In this document: positions 36,021 through 46,343 of the stretch, in pieces | Layout of the letters: each line of letters opens with the position of its first letter | How positions within the stretch are numbered: position 1 is the stretch's first letter | Assembly: GCA_965227775.1 (NCBI GenBank) | Contig: OZ245777.1 | Location: 3,232,001 to 3,296,000 of the forward strand | Direction: 5' to 3' | Source of the DNA: Phycisphaerales bacterium | Lineage (GTDB): Bacteria > Planctomycetota > Phycisphaerae > Phycisphaerales > UBA1924 | DNA: 64,000 nt | Translations under genes and position numbers: made by a program | The notes under the pieces: generated by a model | What the model was told of the DNA's origin: nothing | Databases searched by the model: none | The model's input: only the letters and a program-made list of their open reading frames with translations

Positions 36021-37151
36021 ATGCGCAACATGATCATCTCCATTCTGGTCATCATGCTCGCAGCACCGGTGCTCGCACAGGTTGGTGCCATGCAGTCGCC
36101 CCAGCCGCTTGGCCGGCGGGCCGAGCTGGACATCCGCGAGCTTGTAGACTTTGCCGACGCGACCACGACCGAGCTCTTCGGCCTGGGGTTGGTCACCGGC
36201 CTGAGCGGCACGGGCGACCCGCTGGACAACAGCGCGACCGCCGAGCCGCTGATGGCGCTCATGCGTAGCCAGGGCCTGCCGGTGTCGAGCCCCGAGGAAC
36301 TCGCCGACGCACGTTCGGTCGCGCTCGTGTGGGTGCGCGCGACGATCCCGAACACTGGCGGACGCCGGGGCGACGAGTTCTCGGCCACAGTGACGTCGTT
36401 CAACGGCGCCACGAGCCTTGCTGGGGGTGAGCTCACGATCTCGCCGCTCCGCCACGCCATCCCAGGCGGCGAACTCCTCGGCTTCGCGCGCGGCAGCCTG
36501 ATCATCGACAGCCAGGAAGCGCTGCAGAACGCCCGCATCCGCAACGGCGTCGAGCTCATCCGCGATATCGTGCCCATCGAGATCGGCGACGTGTTCGAGC
36601 TCAAGGTCAAGCAGCAGTACGCCGGCCACTCCGCGACCTCGCTCGTCGCTTCGACCATCAACGACGCGTACTACAACTCTGACGCGCTCGACTTGCCCCC
36701 GGTCGCCAAGCCTATCGACGACCGTATCGTGCAGATCAGCGTTCCGGCGGCCGACCGCGGCGCGCTCCCGCAATTCCTCGACTTCATCATGACGCGGCGT
36801 GTGCGAGACCCCGATCTGCTCAAGCTGCCGGCCCGCGTGATTATCAACCGGAGCACCGGTGCGATCGTCGCGACGGCCAACGTCGACATCAGCCCGGTCG
36901 GCGTTGCGCACCAGGCGATGCAGCTCACGGTGACCCAGCCCGCGCCGGTCGCTACGCCACAGGCGCCCGTGACCAGCGAAGAAGTCTGGGCCGGCCTGGC
37001 GTCGACTCCCGATGGGCGGGAGACCGCAAAGCTGAGCGATCTCCTCGCAGCCTTCCGTGCGCTGGAGATGCCCGTCGCCCAGCAGATTCACATTCTGGAG
37101 ATGATGGACACCAGCGGCGCCTTGCACGCCGACGTGGAGTACATCGACTAG
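36021..37151 (+). CDS. flgI: Flagellar P-ring protein FlgI
   Basis: LFGLGLVTGLSGTGD, ATSLAGGEL, ARVIINRSTGAIV, GALHAD. Confidence 0.92.
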   Translation: MRNMIISILVIMLAAPVLAQVGAMQSPQPLGRRAELDIRELVDFADATTTELFGLGLVTGLSGTGDPLDNSATAEPLMALMRSQGLPVSSPEELADARSVALVWVRATIPNTGGRRGDEFSATVTSFNGATSLAGGELTISPLRHAIPGGELLGFARGSLIIDSQEALQNARIRNGVELIRDIVPIEIGDVFELKVKQQYAGHSATSLVASTINDAYYNSDALDLPPVAKPIDDRIVQISVPAADRGALPQFLDFIMTRRVRDPDLLKLPARVIINRSTGAIVATANVDISPVGVAHQAMQLTVTQPAPVATPQAPVTSEEVWAGLASTPDGRETAKLSDLLAAFRALEMPVAQQIHILEMMDTSGALHADVEYID

Positions 37152-37153
37152 CC

Positions 37154-37507
37154 ATGCGCATCGAACCGACCATCACGCCCCGCTCGGTCGTATACGAACG
37201 ACAGCGCGACTTCTCGGCGGTCATCGCCCGAGACGACGCCAACCCACGTGCCGAGGGATCAGCCCGCCGCGCCGCGGAGGACTTCGTCGCCCTCGCGTTC
37301 GTAGAGCCGCTGCTCGCGCAGATGCGCGAGAGCAACAACGCCGCGCCGCCGTTCGCCCCCGGGCCGGCTGAGAAGCAATTCGGAGAGATCATGGACCAGG
37401 TGCTGAGCCGGCAGATCGTGCGGGCGTCGAGATTCCCGCTCGTCGATCGGCTCGAGGCCGACCTGAGTCGCCAGCAAGCCAGGGCCACGGAGGGCCTCTT
37501 CGCATGA
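37154..37507 (+). CDS. flgJ: Short FlgJ (rod-binding domain only)
   Basis: AAEDFVALAFVEPLLAQMRES...AEKQFGEIMDQ; follows flgI. Confidence 0.75.
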   Translation: MRIEPTITPRSVVYERQRDFSAVIARDDANPRAEGSARRAAEDFVALAFVEPLLAQMRESNNAAPPFAPGPAEKQFGEIMDQVLSRQIVRASRFPLVDRLEADLSRQQARATEGLFA

Positions 37508-38016
37508 AGCACGTGCTCGAACACGCAAATCGTCTCGTCGTCGCGATCGACGCGATCGCGCGCACGAACGAAGCGCTGGCGGTTCTCGCTCGCGAGCAGC
37601 GATCAGCAATTGCCGGTATGCGTACCGATGAGGTCGGGGAGATCGTTGCCAAGCAGCGTGAGATCGGGCGCGAGTTGGCCGACGCCGAGGAGTCGCGACG
37701 CGCCTCTGTCAACGCACTGTCCCAATCGCTCAAGCTCCCAGCGGCCGCGAGCCTCACCGATCTTGCTCGCACGGTCGAGCGGTACGACGCCAACGTCGGC
37801 AAGGCCCTTGCAACAGCCGCCGACCGGGCCCGCAGAGCCGTGCTCGAGTGTCGCGAGCAGCAACGCGTCGTGCATGCGGCCGCGGGTGGCGTGGTCGCCC
37901 ATCTCGACGGGTTGGCACGCCAGGTGCTGGCCCACGTCAACCGTGCGGGTGTGTATGCGGCGACCGGCGCCCTCTCGGGCAGCCAGGCCGTGCGAGGGGT
38001 CGACCTTGTCTCGTAG
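37504..38016 (+). CDS. flgN: Flagellar export chaperone FlgN
   Basis: All-helical, C-terminal GVY...G; immediately upstream of flgK. Confidence 0.7.
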   Translation: MKHVLEHANRLVVAIDAIARTNEALAVLAREQRSAIAGMRTDEVGEIVAKQREIGRELADAEESRRASVNALSQSLKLPAAASLTDLARTVERYDANVGKALATAADRARRAVLECREQQRVVHAAAGGVVAHLDGLARQVLAHVNRAGVYAATGALSGSQAVRGVDLVS

Positions 38017-38049
38017 CGAACGGCCAACACGCCGCGGAGGAACGACGCC

Positions 38050-39792
38050 ATGGGCCTGACCTCTGCTCTGCGCATCGGCGCTAGCGCGCTCTCGACGCAT
38101 CAGCTCGGCGTGCAGATTACCGGCAACAACATGGCCAACGTGGCCACGCCGGGGTATGCGCGCCGTTCGCTGCTGCTCTCGCCGCTCGAGTCCAACGATC
38201 CTTTCCAGAGCTTCCAGTCGGGCAGCGGGGTCGGCCCCCAGTCGCTCAACCGCGTCATCGACGAGGCGGTGCTCGCTCGGCTCCGCGGCCAGATCGCCCG
38301 CGAGCGCGAGTCCAGCCAGACCCTCCAGACGCTCGCATCACTCGAATCGGCTATTGGCGAGCTTAGCGAGACCGGCCTGACCAGCCAGCTCACCGACTTC
38401 TTCGGTTCCTGGTCCGACCGCTCCACGCTCGTTGCGTCCGACGGCGTCGTCGTCCAGCAAGCCGAGACGCTCGTCAGCAATATCCAGCGCATCCGCCAGG
38501 ACCTCGTGCAGCAGAAGCGCCAGACCGACGGCCTGCTCGACACGCTCGTGCCCCGCGTCGATGACCTGCTGGGCGAGGTCGCCGCGATCAACAAGGACAT
38601 CGCCAGGGCCCGGGTTGGCGGTGGTGATACCTCCACGCTGCAAGACCAGCGCGACCGCGTACTCGACGAGCTTGCCGGCCTGATCGACATCGACACGGTC
38701 GAACGCGAGTCGGGCATCGTGGACGTGTACGTCGGCAGCACACCCATGGTGCTCGCCGGCGACAGCCGCGGCATCGAACTGCGACGCGAGAACATCGACG
38801 GCGTCGAGCAGGTCTCAGTGCGCACCAAGGCCGACGGCTCGCAGCTCCCGGTCATCTCGGGGCAGGTCGGCGCGCTTCTCGACGCCCGCGACAACGCGGT
38901 GGGCGAAACGCTTGAGCAGCTCGATCGCCTAGCAGCCGAGCTCATCTTCCAAACCAACAAGATCCACGCGACGGCGAGCGGGCCGGATGGGCTGACAGAA
39001 GCAACCAGCCAGCTCCGCACACCGCCGAACGATCGGCTGTTGCCGCTGAACGCGCAGGGCAACCCCACCACTGCCGACCTGCCCTTCGAGTTCCAAAACG
39101 GCTCGTTCCTGGTGCACGTGCAGAACCCGGCGACAGGCACGAGCGAAGCAACGCGCATCGAGGTCGACCTGGATGGCCTGGGCGACGATGGCACCGCCGG
39201 CAGCATCGACGACGCATCGATGGAATCGATCCGCCAGACACTCGATCAGGTCGACGGCATCTCGGCAGACTTCACCGCCGACGGCCGCTTGCGTGTGATC
39301 GGCGAGAACGGTGCACGGTTCAGCTTCAGCGAGGACAGCAGCGGACTGCTCGGCGCTATCGGCATGAACGCGTTCTTCGAGGGCACCAGCGCCGACGACA
39401 TCGCCGTGCGCGGCGACATCGCCGATGATCCGTCGCTGCTGCAAGTCGGCCGAATCGGTTCGGACGGTGAGTATCGAGAGAACGCCGCCGCCCTGGACAT
39501 GGCCAAGCTGCAGGACGGCGGATTCGAGGCCCTCGGCGGGCAGAACCTCAACGAGTTCTGGACGACCGTGGCCGGCAACGTGGGTGCACGGGTCGATTCG
39601 GCCCGCACGAACGCTGAAGCCGCGGCGGTGGTTCGCGAGTCGATCGAGGCCCAGCGCGCCGCCACCAGCGGCGTGAGCCTTGACGAAGAGGCCATCAACC
39701 TCGTCACGCATCAGCAGGCCTATCAGGGCGCCGCCCGGTTCATCGCGGTCGTAGACCAGTTGCAGCAGGAGCTGCTGGCGGTGTTCAGCTAA
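38050..39792 (+). CDS. flgK: Hook-associated protein FlgK
   Basis: TGNNMANVATPGYARR, LQDQRD, SGVSLDEEAINL...QQAY. Confidence 0.95.
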   Translation: MGLTSALRIGASALSTHQLGVQITGNNMANVATPGYARRSLLLSPLESNDPFQSFQSGSGVGPQSLNRVIDEAVLARLRGQIARERESSQTLQTLASLESAIGELSETGLTSQLTDFFGSWSDRSTLVASDGVVVQQAETLVSNIQRIRQDLVQQKRQTDGLLDTLVPRVDDLLGEVAAINKDIARARVGGGDTSTLQDQRDRVLDELAGLIDIDTVERESGIVDVYVGSTPMVLAGDSRGIELRRENIDGVEQVSVRTKADGSQLPVISGQVGALLDARDNAVGETLEQLDRLAAELIFQTNKIHATASGPDGLTEATSQLRTPPNDRLLPLNAQGNPTTADLPFEFQNGSFLVHVQNPATGTSEATRIEVDLDGLGDDGTAGSIDDASMESIRQTLDQVDGISADFTADGRLRVIGENGARFSFSEDSSGLLGAIGMNAFFEGTSADDIAVRGDIADDPSLLQVGRIGSDGEYRENAAALDMAKLQDGGFEALGGQNLNEFWTTVAGNVGARVDSARTNAEAAAVVRESIEAQRAATSGVSLDEEAINLVTHQQAYQGAARFIAVVDQLQQELLAVFS

Positions 39793-39823
39793 TGGCGCAC
39801 ACCCCCACCATCGGAGGCAGGCC

Positions 39824-41872
39824 ATGAGCAGCATTCCCGCGGGTCTGGCTCGCGCGCCCACGCTCTTCCTAGCACAGGTGCAGCTCGATCGCATCAACCG
39901 CAACAACATCGACCTGTTCAACGTGCAGCAGCGCCTGGCGACCGGCCGCGACATCAACCGCGTCAGCGACGATCCGGTGCGCGCTGCGGCGATCTCGACG
40001 ATCAACCAGTCTCTCGATCGCTCGACCCAGTGGCTGCGTAACTTCGACACCGCCGGCACCGCGCTCGACCTGCTCGATGGCGCCCTCGGCGATGCCCAGG
40101 ACTCGGCCCTCGAGGCCAAGAGCATCGCCCTCGAGTACGTGAACACGACCTTCAACGCCGACGATCGCGCCGGCGCCGCCGTCACCGTCGAGGGCCTGCT
40201 CGACAAGGTGCTGGAAGTCTCGAACCGCAAGAGCAACGTGGGCCACATGTTCGGCGGCGACTTCCCGGGCAGCCAGCCCGTGAAGCAGATGCTGGGCGGC
40301 TACCGGTTTGCTGCCTCGGGCGACGGACTGAAGATTGACCTTGGCCCTGGCATCGACGTGCCACTCACGCTCGGGCCGGGCAGCCCGCTGGGCGGCACCT
40401 CGGCCAGGGTCCGCGGGTTCGCGGAGTTGCTCGCTCCCGTCGAGCGCGACACCCCCATCGACGACCTCCGCGGCGCGCGCGGCCAGGGCGTTCGCCTCGG
40501 CATCATCGAACTCGCCATCGACGGTGAGACCGAGCGGGTCGATCTGACCGGGGCGGACGTGGCCGGCGATGTCGCCGACGCCATCGAGGCGGGCATCCGC
40601 CGGATCGAGGACCGAACCGGGCGAACGCTGCTGGGTCCGCAGGGCGTGCGCTTCGAGGCGCGGTCGTTGCGCATCGACCTCATGGCCGAAGATGCGACCG
40701 GGCCCGTGCCGGGGCTGACGTTCGGCGAGATCGCCGAGGGCACCACCGCGGCCGATCTTGGCCTGGGCGTAGCAGCCGCCTTCACCGCAACCGCGAGCCA
40801 GGGCGAAGACCTGAACCCACGCCTGACCTGGCTGAGCACCATCCCCACATTCGATGACCAGCCGCTTGGCCAGATCCGCATCCGCAACGGCGGGCAGACC
40901 GAGATCGTGGATCTGAGCGAGGCCCAGACGATCCAGGACATTCGCAACGCCGTCGAGGCCACCGGCCTCGGTGTCCGCGTCGAGCTCAACAGCGAGACCG
41001 ACACCATCGACCTCGTCAGCGACCTCGCCGTTGCCGTCGGGAACGGGCTGAGCGTTGAAGAGGTCGCCGGCAACTTCGATACCGCCCAGAGACTCGGAAT
41101 CCGCAGTTTCTCTGCCGATACCGAAGTTTCGAGCCTCAACGACGGCCGCGGCATCCGCATCATCGATGGCGTGGCCGACCCAGACACCGGCGTGGTCGAC
41201 CCCGATCGCAACACCGACTTCCGCGTCACGCTGGGCGATGGGCGGAGCTTCGACGTCGACCTGCGTCCCGAAGACCTGACCACCATGGCGGCGATCTCCG
41301 AGCGGATCAACCAGGCCGCGGTCGACGCGGGCGTATCGGTGCCCGGAGAGTTCGAGGCCGGGCTGGTACAGACCGGGCCGGGCGGGCTTGCCCTTCGCCA
41401 ATCCGATGCGTTCGCGGCCCCGATTCAGGTTGAAGCACTCAACAGCTCGGGCTCGCTGCGAGACCTGGGGCTCGAGGGCGGCACCTACGACACCGAGGGC
41501 TCGACGCTGGTGGGCAACGACGTTGCGCAGGTTCGGGTGCGCAATATCTTCAGCGATCTGCTAGACCTGCGCCAAGCGCTGCTCGACGACGACGAAACTG
41601 GCATCACCTTTGCGGGAGAGGCGGTGGAAACCCGCCTTAGCGACCTAGCTCAGGTGCGGGCCATCGTGGGCGGCGATGCACGACGCGTGCAAGAAGCCCA
41701 GGAACTGCGGGAGGACATCGTGCTGCTAGACGAGGCAACACGCAGCGGGCTGCAGGACACCGACTTCGCCTCTGCGGCGATCGAACTCAGCCAGTTGCAG
41801 GTGCAACTCCAGGCGGCACTGCAGGTCACGGCGACAAGTCGCCAGCAATCACTGCTCGATTTCCTGGGGTAG
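39824..41872 (+). CDS. flgL: Hook-associated protein FlgL (enlarged)
   Basis: QQRLATGRDINRVSDDP, DTDFASA, C-terminal SLLDFLG. Confidence 0.9.
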   Translation: MSSIPAGLARAPTLFLAQVQLDRINRNNIDLFNVQQRLATGRDINRVSDDPVRAAAISTINQSLDRSTQWLRNFDTAGTALDLLDGALGDAQDSALEAKSIALEYVNTTFNADDRAGAAVTVEGLLDKVLEVSNRKSNVGHMFGGDFPGSQPVKQMLGGYRFAASGDGLKIDLGPGIDVPLTLGPGSPLGGTSARVRGFAELLAPVERDTPIDDLRGARGQGVRLGIIELAIDGETERVDLTGADVAGDVADAIEAGIRRIEDRTGRTLLGPQGVRFEARSLRIDLMAEDATGPVPGLTFGEIAEGTTAADLGLGVAAAFTATASQGEDLNPRLTWLSTIPTFDDQPLGQIRIRNGGQTEIVDLSEAQTIQDIRNAVEATGLGVRVELNSETDTIDLVSDLAVAVGNGLSVEEVAGNFDTAQRLGIRSFSADTEVSSLNDGRGIRIIDGVADPDTGVVDPDRNTDFRVTLGDGRSFDVDLRPEDLTTMAAISERINQAAVDAGVSVPGEFEAGLVQTGPGGLALRQSDAFAAPIQVEALNSSGSLRDLGLEGGTYDTEGSTLVGNDVAQVRVRNIFSDLLDLRQALLDDDETGITFAGEAVETRLSDLAQVRAIVGGDARRVQEAQELREDIVLLDEATRSGLQDTDFASAAIELSQLQVQLQAALQVTATSRQQSLLDFLG

Positions 41873-41959
41873 GAACCCCAGTTCGGTTTCAAGGACTCGA
41901 TCGGTACACGAAAGACATCGGCACACACGTGGGCGAACGCCCGGCCGGAGGAGTACGGC

Positions 41960-42409
41960 ATGCAAGTCAAGACGACCCGATTCGGCGTGGTGGACATCGC
42001 CGACGACAAGGTCATCACGTTTCCCCAGGGCCTCCTGGGCTTCCCCGACCACAGGCGTTACTGCCTGCTCGAGCCGGGCGAAGACGCGTGCTTCTTCTGG
42101 CTGCAATCGGTGGACGAACCGGCGCTCGCGTTCGTGCTGACAGATCCGGCCCTCTTCTTCAAGGAGTACGAGGTGCCGATCCGTCCCGAGCAGGCCGAGG
42201 CGCTCAGCATCGAGAAGATGGATGAGGCCCAGGTCTTTGTGATCGTGAACAAGGTGGGCGAGGTCCTGACGGCCAACCTGCAGGGCCCACTGCTCATCAA
42301 CACCCTGAACCTCAGCGGGCAGCAGCTCGTGCTCGCCGACAAGCGGTGGTCGACCAGGCACACCATCATGCAAGTCGGCAGCGAGCAAGCGAAGGCCGCA
42401 ACGGCCTGA
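41960..42409 (+). CDS. fliW: Flagellar assembly factor FliW
   Basis: TTRFG, ITFPQGLLGF, FFWLQSVDEP, TANLQGPLLIN. Confidence 0.95.
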   Translation: MQVKTTRFGVVDIADDKVITFPQGLLGFPDHRRYCLLEPGEDACFFWLQSVDEPALAFVLTDPALFFKEYEVPIRPEQAEALSIEKMDEAQVFVIVNKVGEVLTANLQGPLLINTLNLSGQQLVLADKRWSTRHTIMQVGSEQAKAATA

Positions 42410-42476
42410 CGGCACGTGGCGATGAAGGACCGGAGCCACATCAACACCCCCACCGATGGGGGGACGGAGCGCAGGG

Positions 42477-42842
42477 ATGCTGGTGCTGTCAAGGCAACTA
42501 GACGAGACGATCATGATCGGCGACGCGGTGGAGATCACCATCGTCGATATCCGCGGGGACAAGGTCCGGCTGGGCATCAACGCCCCAGCCCAGGTCGCCG
42601 TCCATCGCAAAGAGGTGTACGAGGCCATCAAGGCCGAGAACAGGCGCGCTGCCGAGGCCAACGGCAACGAGTTCGGTGCGCTCAGCTCGGCCATCAGGCC
42701 CGGCAGGCGAGCTGGTCTCAGCCCGGCCGGCCGCATCGGCCAGAGCAACGGGTCGGCCAGCAGCAACGGCGCCGACACGGTGCCAAAGGCCGCTCGACCA
42801 CAAGCAACCAACAACGACTCGCGCAGGCAGGCTTCGACCTGA
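42477..42842 (+). CDS. csrA: Carbon storage regulator CsrA with C-terminal extension
   Basis: [16 protein letters not shown]...KVRLGINAP...[10 protein letters not shown]. Confidence 0.95.
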   Translation: MLVLSRQLDETIMIGDAVEITIVDIRGDKVRLGINAPAQVAVHRKEVYEAIKAENRRAAEANGNEFGALSSAIRPGRRAGLSPAGRIGQSNGSASSNGADTVPKAARPQATNNDSRRQAST

Positions 42843-42900
42843 CCGGCATCACGCCTTGCGGGCCAAAGGCCCACGTCGCATCGACGGACAGTTCCAGCAG

Positions 42901-42937
42901 GCCGCGACGGAGTGCGGCTGAGGCTCACGGAGGATCG
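42901..42937 (+). promoter_or_regulatory. Putative CsrA-binding sites in flagellin 1 leader
   Basis: GCCGC-gACGGAgt-GCGGC hairpin, plus ACGGA overlapping the SD. Confidence 0.6.
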
Positions 42938-42939
42938 CG

Positions 42940-44499
42940 ATGACTCGCATCAATACCAACGTCCCAAGCATGATCGCCCGATCAAACCTCTCGCGGACCA
43001 ACCGCGAGCTGGATACCCGGCTCGAGCGACTCTCGACGGGACTGCGGATCAACCGCGGTGCCGACGACCCAGCCGGGCTGATCATCTCCGAGCGGTTGCG
43101 GTCCAACATCCGCGGTGCCGAGCAGGGCATCAAGAATTCCGAGCGCGCTTCGGCGGTCATCGCGACCACCGAAGGGTCGCTCACCGAGGTCAACGACCTG
43201 CTCAACTCGATCAAGGCCCTGGTCGTCGAGGCGGCCAACACCGGCGCCTTCTCCGACGAGGAGATCGCGGCGAACCAGGCACAGATCGACTCGGCCATCG
43301 ACTCGATCACCCGAATCGCCGACACCGCACGCTTCGGCGATCTGCGGCTGCTCGACGGCTCGCTTGGGTACCAGACTTCGGGCATCGCGACGTCCGCAGT
43401 GGCCAAGGCCAACGTGCGAGCAGCCAGCTTCTCCCAGGGAGACTCGCTGGACGTCAATATCGAGATTCTCAACTCGGCACAGCAGGGCGGGCTGTACGTC
43501 CGCGGAGACTTGCCCACGCCTGGTGCGGCCGAGAACGGCACGATCCTGTCCACTGTGGTCCTCGAGGTCCGCGGTCCGGACGGGGTCGTCAGCCTCGAGT
43601 TCACCTCGGGCCAGACATTCGACGAGGTCGCAAGCGCGATCAACAGGCTCACGCCCTCGACCGGCGTGACGGCCGAGCTTATCAACGGCGACGCGACCAG
43701 CGGCCTTGTCTTCTTCAGCGAGGGCTACGGGACTCGGTCGTTCGTGTCCGTCGAGCGACTGCAGGACCCCGGGCCTCTCGGCGCCTGGGAGACGTACAAG
43801 TTCGCCGACGAGCTCGCCATCGGCGACAACAACCCCTTCCCGTGGGGCACCGTGGGTACCGACCTGCTCACCGCGGTTCGAGACCAAGGCCGAGACGTCC
43901 AGGCGATCATCAACGGTGCCCTTGCAAACGGCGACGGGCTGAGCGTGAAGACCGCGAGCACCCAGCTGTCGCTGGACCTCATCCTTACGGAAGAACTCGC
44001 AACCCTTGCCGGAGCAACGTCGTCGTTCGACATCACGGGTGGTGGCTCGCTCTTCCAGCTTGGCTCGGAGGTTGTTGCTCAGCAACAGGTGAACTTTGGC
44101 ATCAACTCCGTTGCGGCGTCTCGCCTTGGCGGCACGATCGTCGATGGCTCGCTCGAGTTCCTCGAGTCGCTCAAGTCGGGCCGAGAGAACAGCCTTGCCA
44201 GCAGCAAGGACCGCGGAAACTTCACTGCCGCAAGCCGCATCACCGACACCGCGATCGACGAGATCACCATCGTCCGCGGGCGGCTGGGCTCCTTCGAGCG
44301 AAACACGCTGCAGACCAACATCCGCTCGCTCGCTCTGGCGGTCGAGAATCTGACGGCGAGCGAATCGCTGATCCGAGACGCCGACTTCGCGAAGGAAACG
44401 AGCATGCTGACTCGGTCGCAGATCCTGGCCAGCTCGGGCACCACGGTGCTCGGCATCGCCAACCAGCAGGCCCAGAGCGTGCTGCAGCTGCTCGGCTAG
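42940..44499 (+). CDS. fliC: Flagellin 1
   Basis: MTRINTN, RLSTGLRINRGADDPAGL, IRDADFAKE, SVLQLLG. Confidence 0.96.
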   Translation: MTRINTNVPSMIARSNLSRTNRELDTRLERLSTGLRINRGADDPAGLIISERLRSNIRGAEQGIKNSERASAVIATTEGSLTEVNDLLNSIKALVVEAANTGAFSDEEIAANQAQIDSAIDSITRIADTARFGDLRLLDGSLGYQTSGIATSAVAKANVRAASFSQGDSLDVNIEILNSAQQGGLYVRGDLPTPGAAENGTILSTVVLEVRGPDGVVSLEFTSGQTFDEVASAINRLTPSTGVTAELINGDATSGLVFFSEGYGTRSFVSVERLQDPGPLGAWETYKFADELAIGDNNPFPWGTVGTDLLTAVRDQGRDVQAIINGALANGDGLSVKTASTQLSLDLILTEELATLAGATSSFDITGGGSLFQLGSEVVAQQQVNFGINSVAASRLGGTIVDGSLEFLESLKSGRENSLASSKDRGNFTAASRITDTAIDEITIVRGRLGSFERNTLQTNIRSLALAVENLTASESLIRDADFAKETSMLTRSQILASSGTTVLGIANQQAQSVLQLLG

Positions 44500-44674
44500 G
44501 TCCAATAACAAGACAGCTGCCCCGTAAGGGCGGTTATCAGACTCTCATCGCACGCGATGCGGCCCGGTTTGCCCCGGGCCGCGTCGCGTTAGAGAGCGAT
44601 TTTCTGGTTTTGGGCAAGACGGACTGAATTGGCGTTTTGCTTCCGTCGATCCATCCTCCGACGCACGGGCTAGC

Positions 44675-44780
44675 CCCTGGTATGGACGCCAGGGCGGCGG
44701 CGTGCGGAATGGGCGGGGCAGCAGCCCCGCGGTGACGCCCGGTGCCGCGAGTATGCGGGGCACGGGTCCACGGAGGATCG
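44675..44780 (+). promoter_or_regulatory. Putative CsrA-binding sites in flagellin 2 leader
   Basis: CCCTGG-tATGGAcg-CCAGGG hairpin; CACGGAGGATCG SD region identical to flagellin 1. Confidence 0.6.
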
Positions 44781-44785
44781 TCGCA

Positions 44786-46309
44786 ATGAGTCGGATCAAC
44801 ACGAACGTGCAGTCGCTTCTTGCCCAGCGCGTGCTTGGCATGAACAACAAGAACCTGAACCAGTCGCTCGAGCGGCTGTCCACCGGTACCCGCATCAACC
44901 GCGGCAAGGACGACCCGGCGGGTCTGATTGCTTCGGAGAACCTGCGGGCCGAGGCTACCGCACTGACCAGCGCCATCGGCAACGCCGAGCGCGCCGACCA
45001 GGTGATCAACATCGCCGAGGGCGGCCTTCAGGAGGTCTCGAACCTCCTGAACGAGCTCCAGGGCCTGCTGACCACCACGGCCAACCAGGCCGGCTTGGGT
45101 GAGCAGGAGAAGCTGGCCAACCAGCAGCAGGTCGACTCGATCCTGCAGACGATCGATCGCATCGCGTCGGCGACCAGCTTCCAGGGCACCAAGCTGCTGA
45201 ACGGCAGCTTCGACTATCGCGCCCAGGACGTCGCCAGCGAGGTCACTGACTTCAAGATCAACGGTGCCAAGTTCGAGAGCGCCACGCTCGATGTTGACGC
45301 CCTCGTCACCCAGTCTGCCCAGCAGGCCGGTTTCTTCCTGTCCACCACGGGCAGCCTCGACCTCAACGGCAGCGGCGACGACTTCCGCGTCGAGATCGGC
45401 GGCCGTCTGGGCAGCCGCGAGTTCAGCTTCAGCTCGGGCGTGGCCAACGCCGACATTGCCGCGGCAATCAACAACTTCAGCGAGGTTACTGGCGTCACGG
45501 CCACCGTGTCGGGCACCGGCATCCTGCTGAGCAGCGATGAGTTCGGCGACAGTGAGTTCGTCTCGGTCAAGGTCATCGACGACGCCAGCGTCCAGGGTAC
45601 TGGCGTTGGCATCTACGACCTCGAGACCGACGACTTCGGTACGGCCAACACCACCATCGCAAGCACGTTTGCCGACGCGACCAATGAGGTCCGCGATCTG
45701 GGCCAGGACATTGCCGGCACCATCAACGGCATCCGCGCAGTTGCCGACGGCAAGAACCTGCGCATCAACACCGACTTCCTTGACATCGAGCTCACCCTCG
45801 ACACCACGTCCAGCCAGACGCTGGGCGCCGTCGAGGCCAGTTCGGGCCAGCCGACGCTACAGATCACCGGCGGTGGCGCCGACTTCCAGCTCGCTGGACA
45901 GGTCGACGTGGCCGGCAAGGTGAGCCTTGGCATCTCGAACGTCGCCGTTCGGAACCTGGGCAACTCGACCGACGGCTTCCTGGGTGACCTTGCTTCGGGC
46001 AAGTCGCTCAACCTGGCCGAGGGCGACGACCTGTCGGGCGCCCAGCAGGTCGTGGAAGAAGCGATCCAGCAGGTTGCGTCGCTGCGTGGCCGCCTCGGTT
46101 CGTTCCAGCAGAACACCGTTGGAGCCACCATCCGCAGCCTGTCGATCTCGCTGGAGAACACCCGTGCGGCCGAGTCGGTGATCCGTGATACCGACTTCGC
46201 GACCGAGACGGCCCAGCTGACTCGCAACCAGATCCTGGTCTCCTCGACCACCAACATCCTCTCGCTGGCCAACAGCCAGCCCCAGTCGGTCCTCCAGCTT
46301 CTCGGCTAA
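44786..46309 (+). CDS. fliC: Flagellin 2
   Basis: MSRINTN, RLSTGTRINRGKDDPAGL, IRDTDFATE, SVLQLLG. Confidence 0.96.
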   Translation: MSRINTNVQSLLAQRVLGMNNKNLNQSLERLSTGTRINRGKDDPAGLIASENLRAEATALTSAIGNAERADQVINIAEGGLQEVSNLLNELQGLLTTTANQAGLGEQEKLANQQQVDSILQTIDRIASATSFQGTKLLNGSFDYRAQDVASEVTDFKINGAKFESATLDVDALVTQSAQQAGFFLSTTGSLDLNGSGDDFRVEIGGRLGSREFSFSSGVANADIAAAINNFSEVTGVTATVSGTGILLSSDEFGDSEFVSVKVIDDASVQGTGVGIYDLETDDFGTANTTIASTFADATNEVRDLGQDIAGTINGIRAVADGKNLRINTDFLDIELTLDTTSSQTLGAVEASSGQPTLQITGGGADFQLAGQVDVAGKVSLGISNVAVRNLGNSTDGFLGDLASGKSLNLAEGDDLSGAQQVVEEAIQQVASLRGRLGSFQQNTVGATIRSLSISLENTRAAESVIRDTDFATETAQLTRNQILVSSTTNILSLANSQPQSVLQLLG

Positions 46310-46343
46310 ACTGCGTAGCAAGACCTACTGAGCTCACACATGC

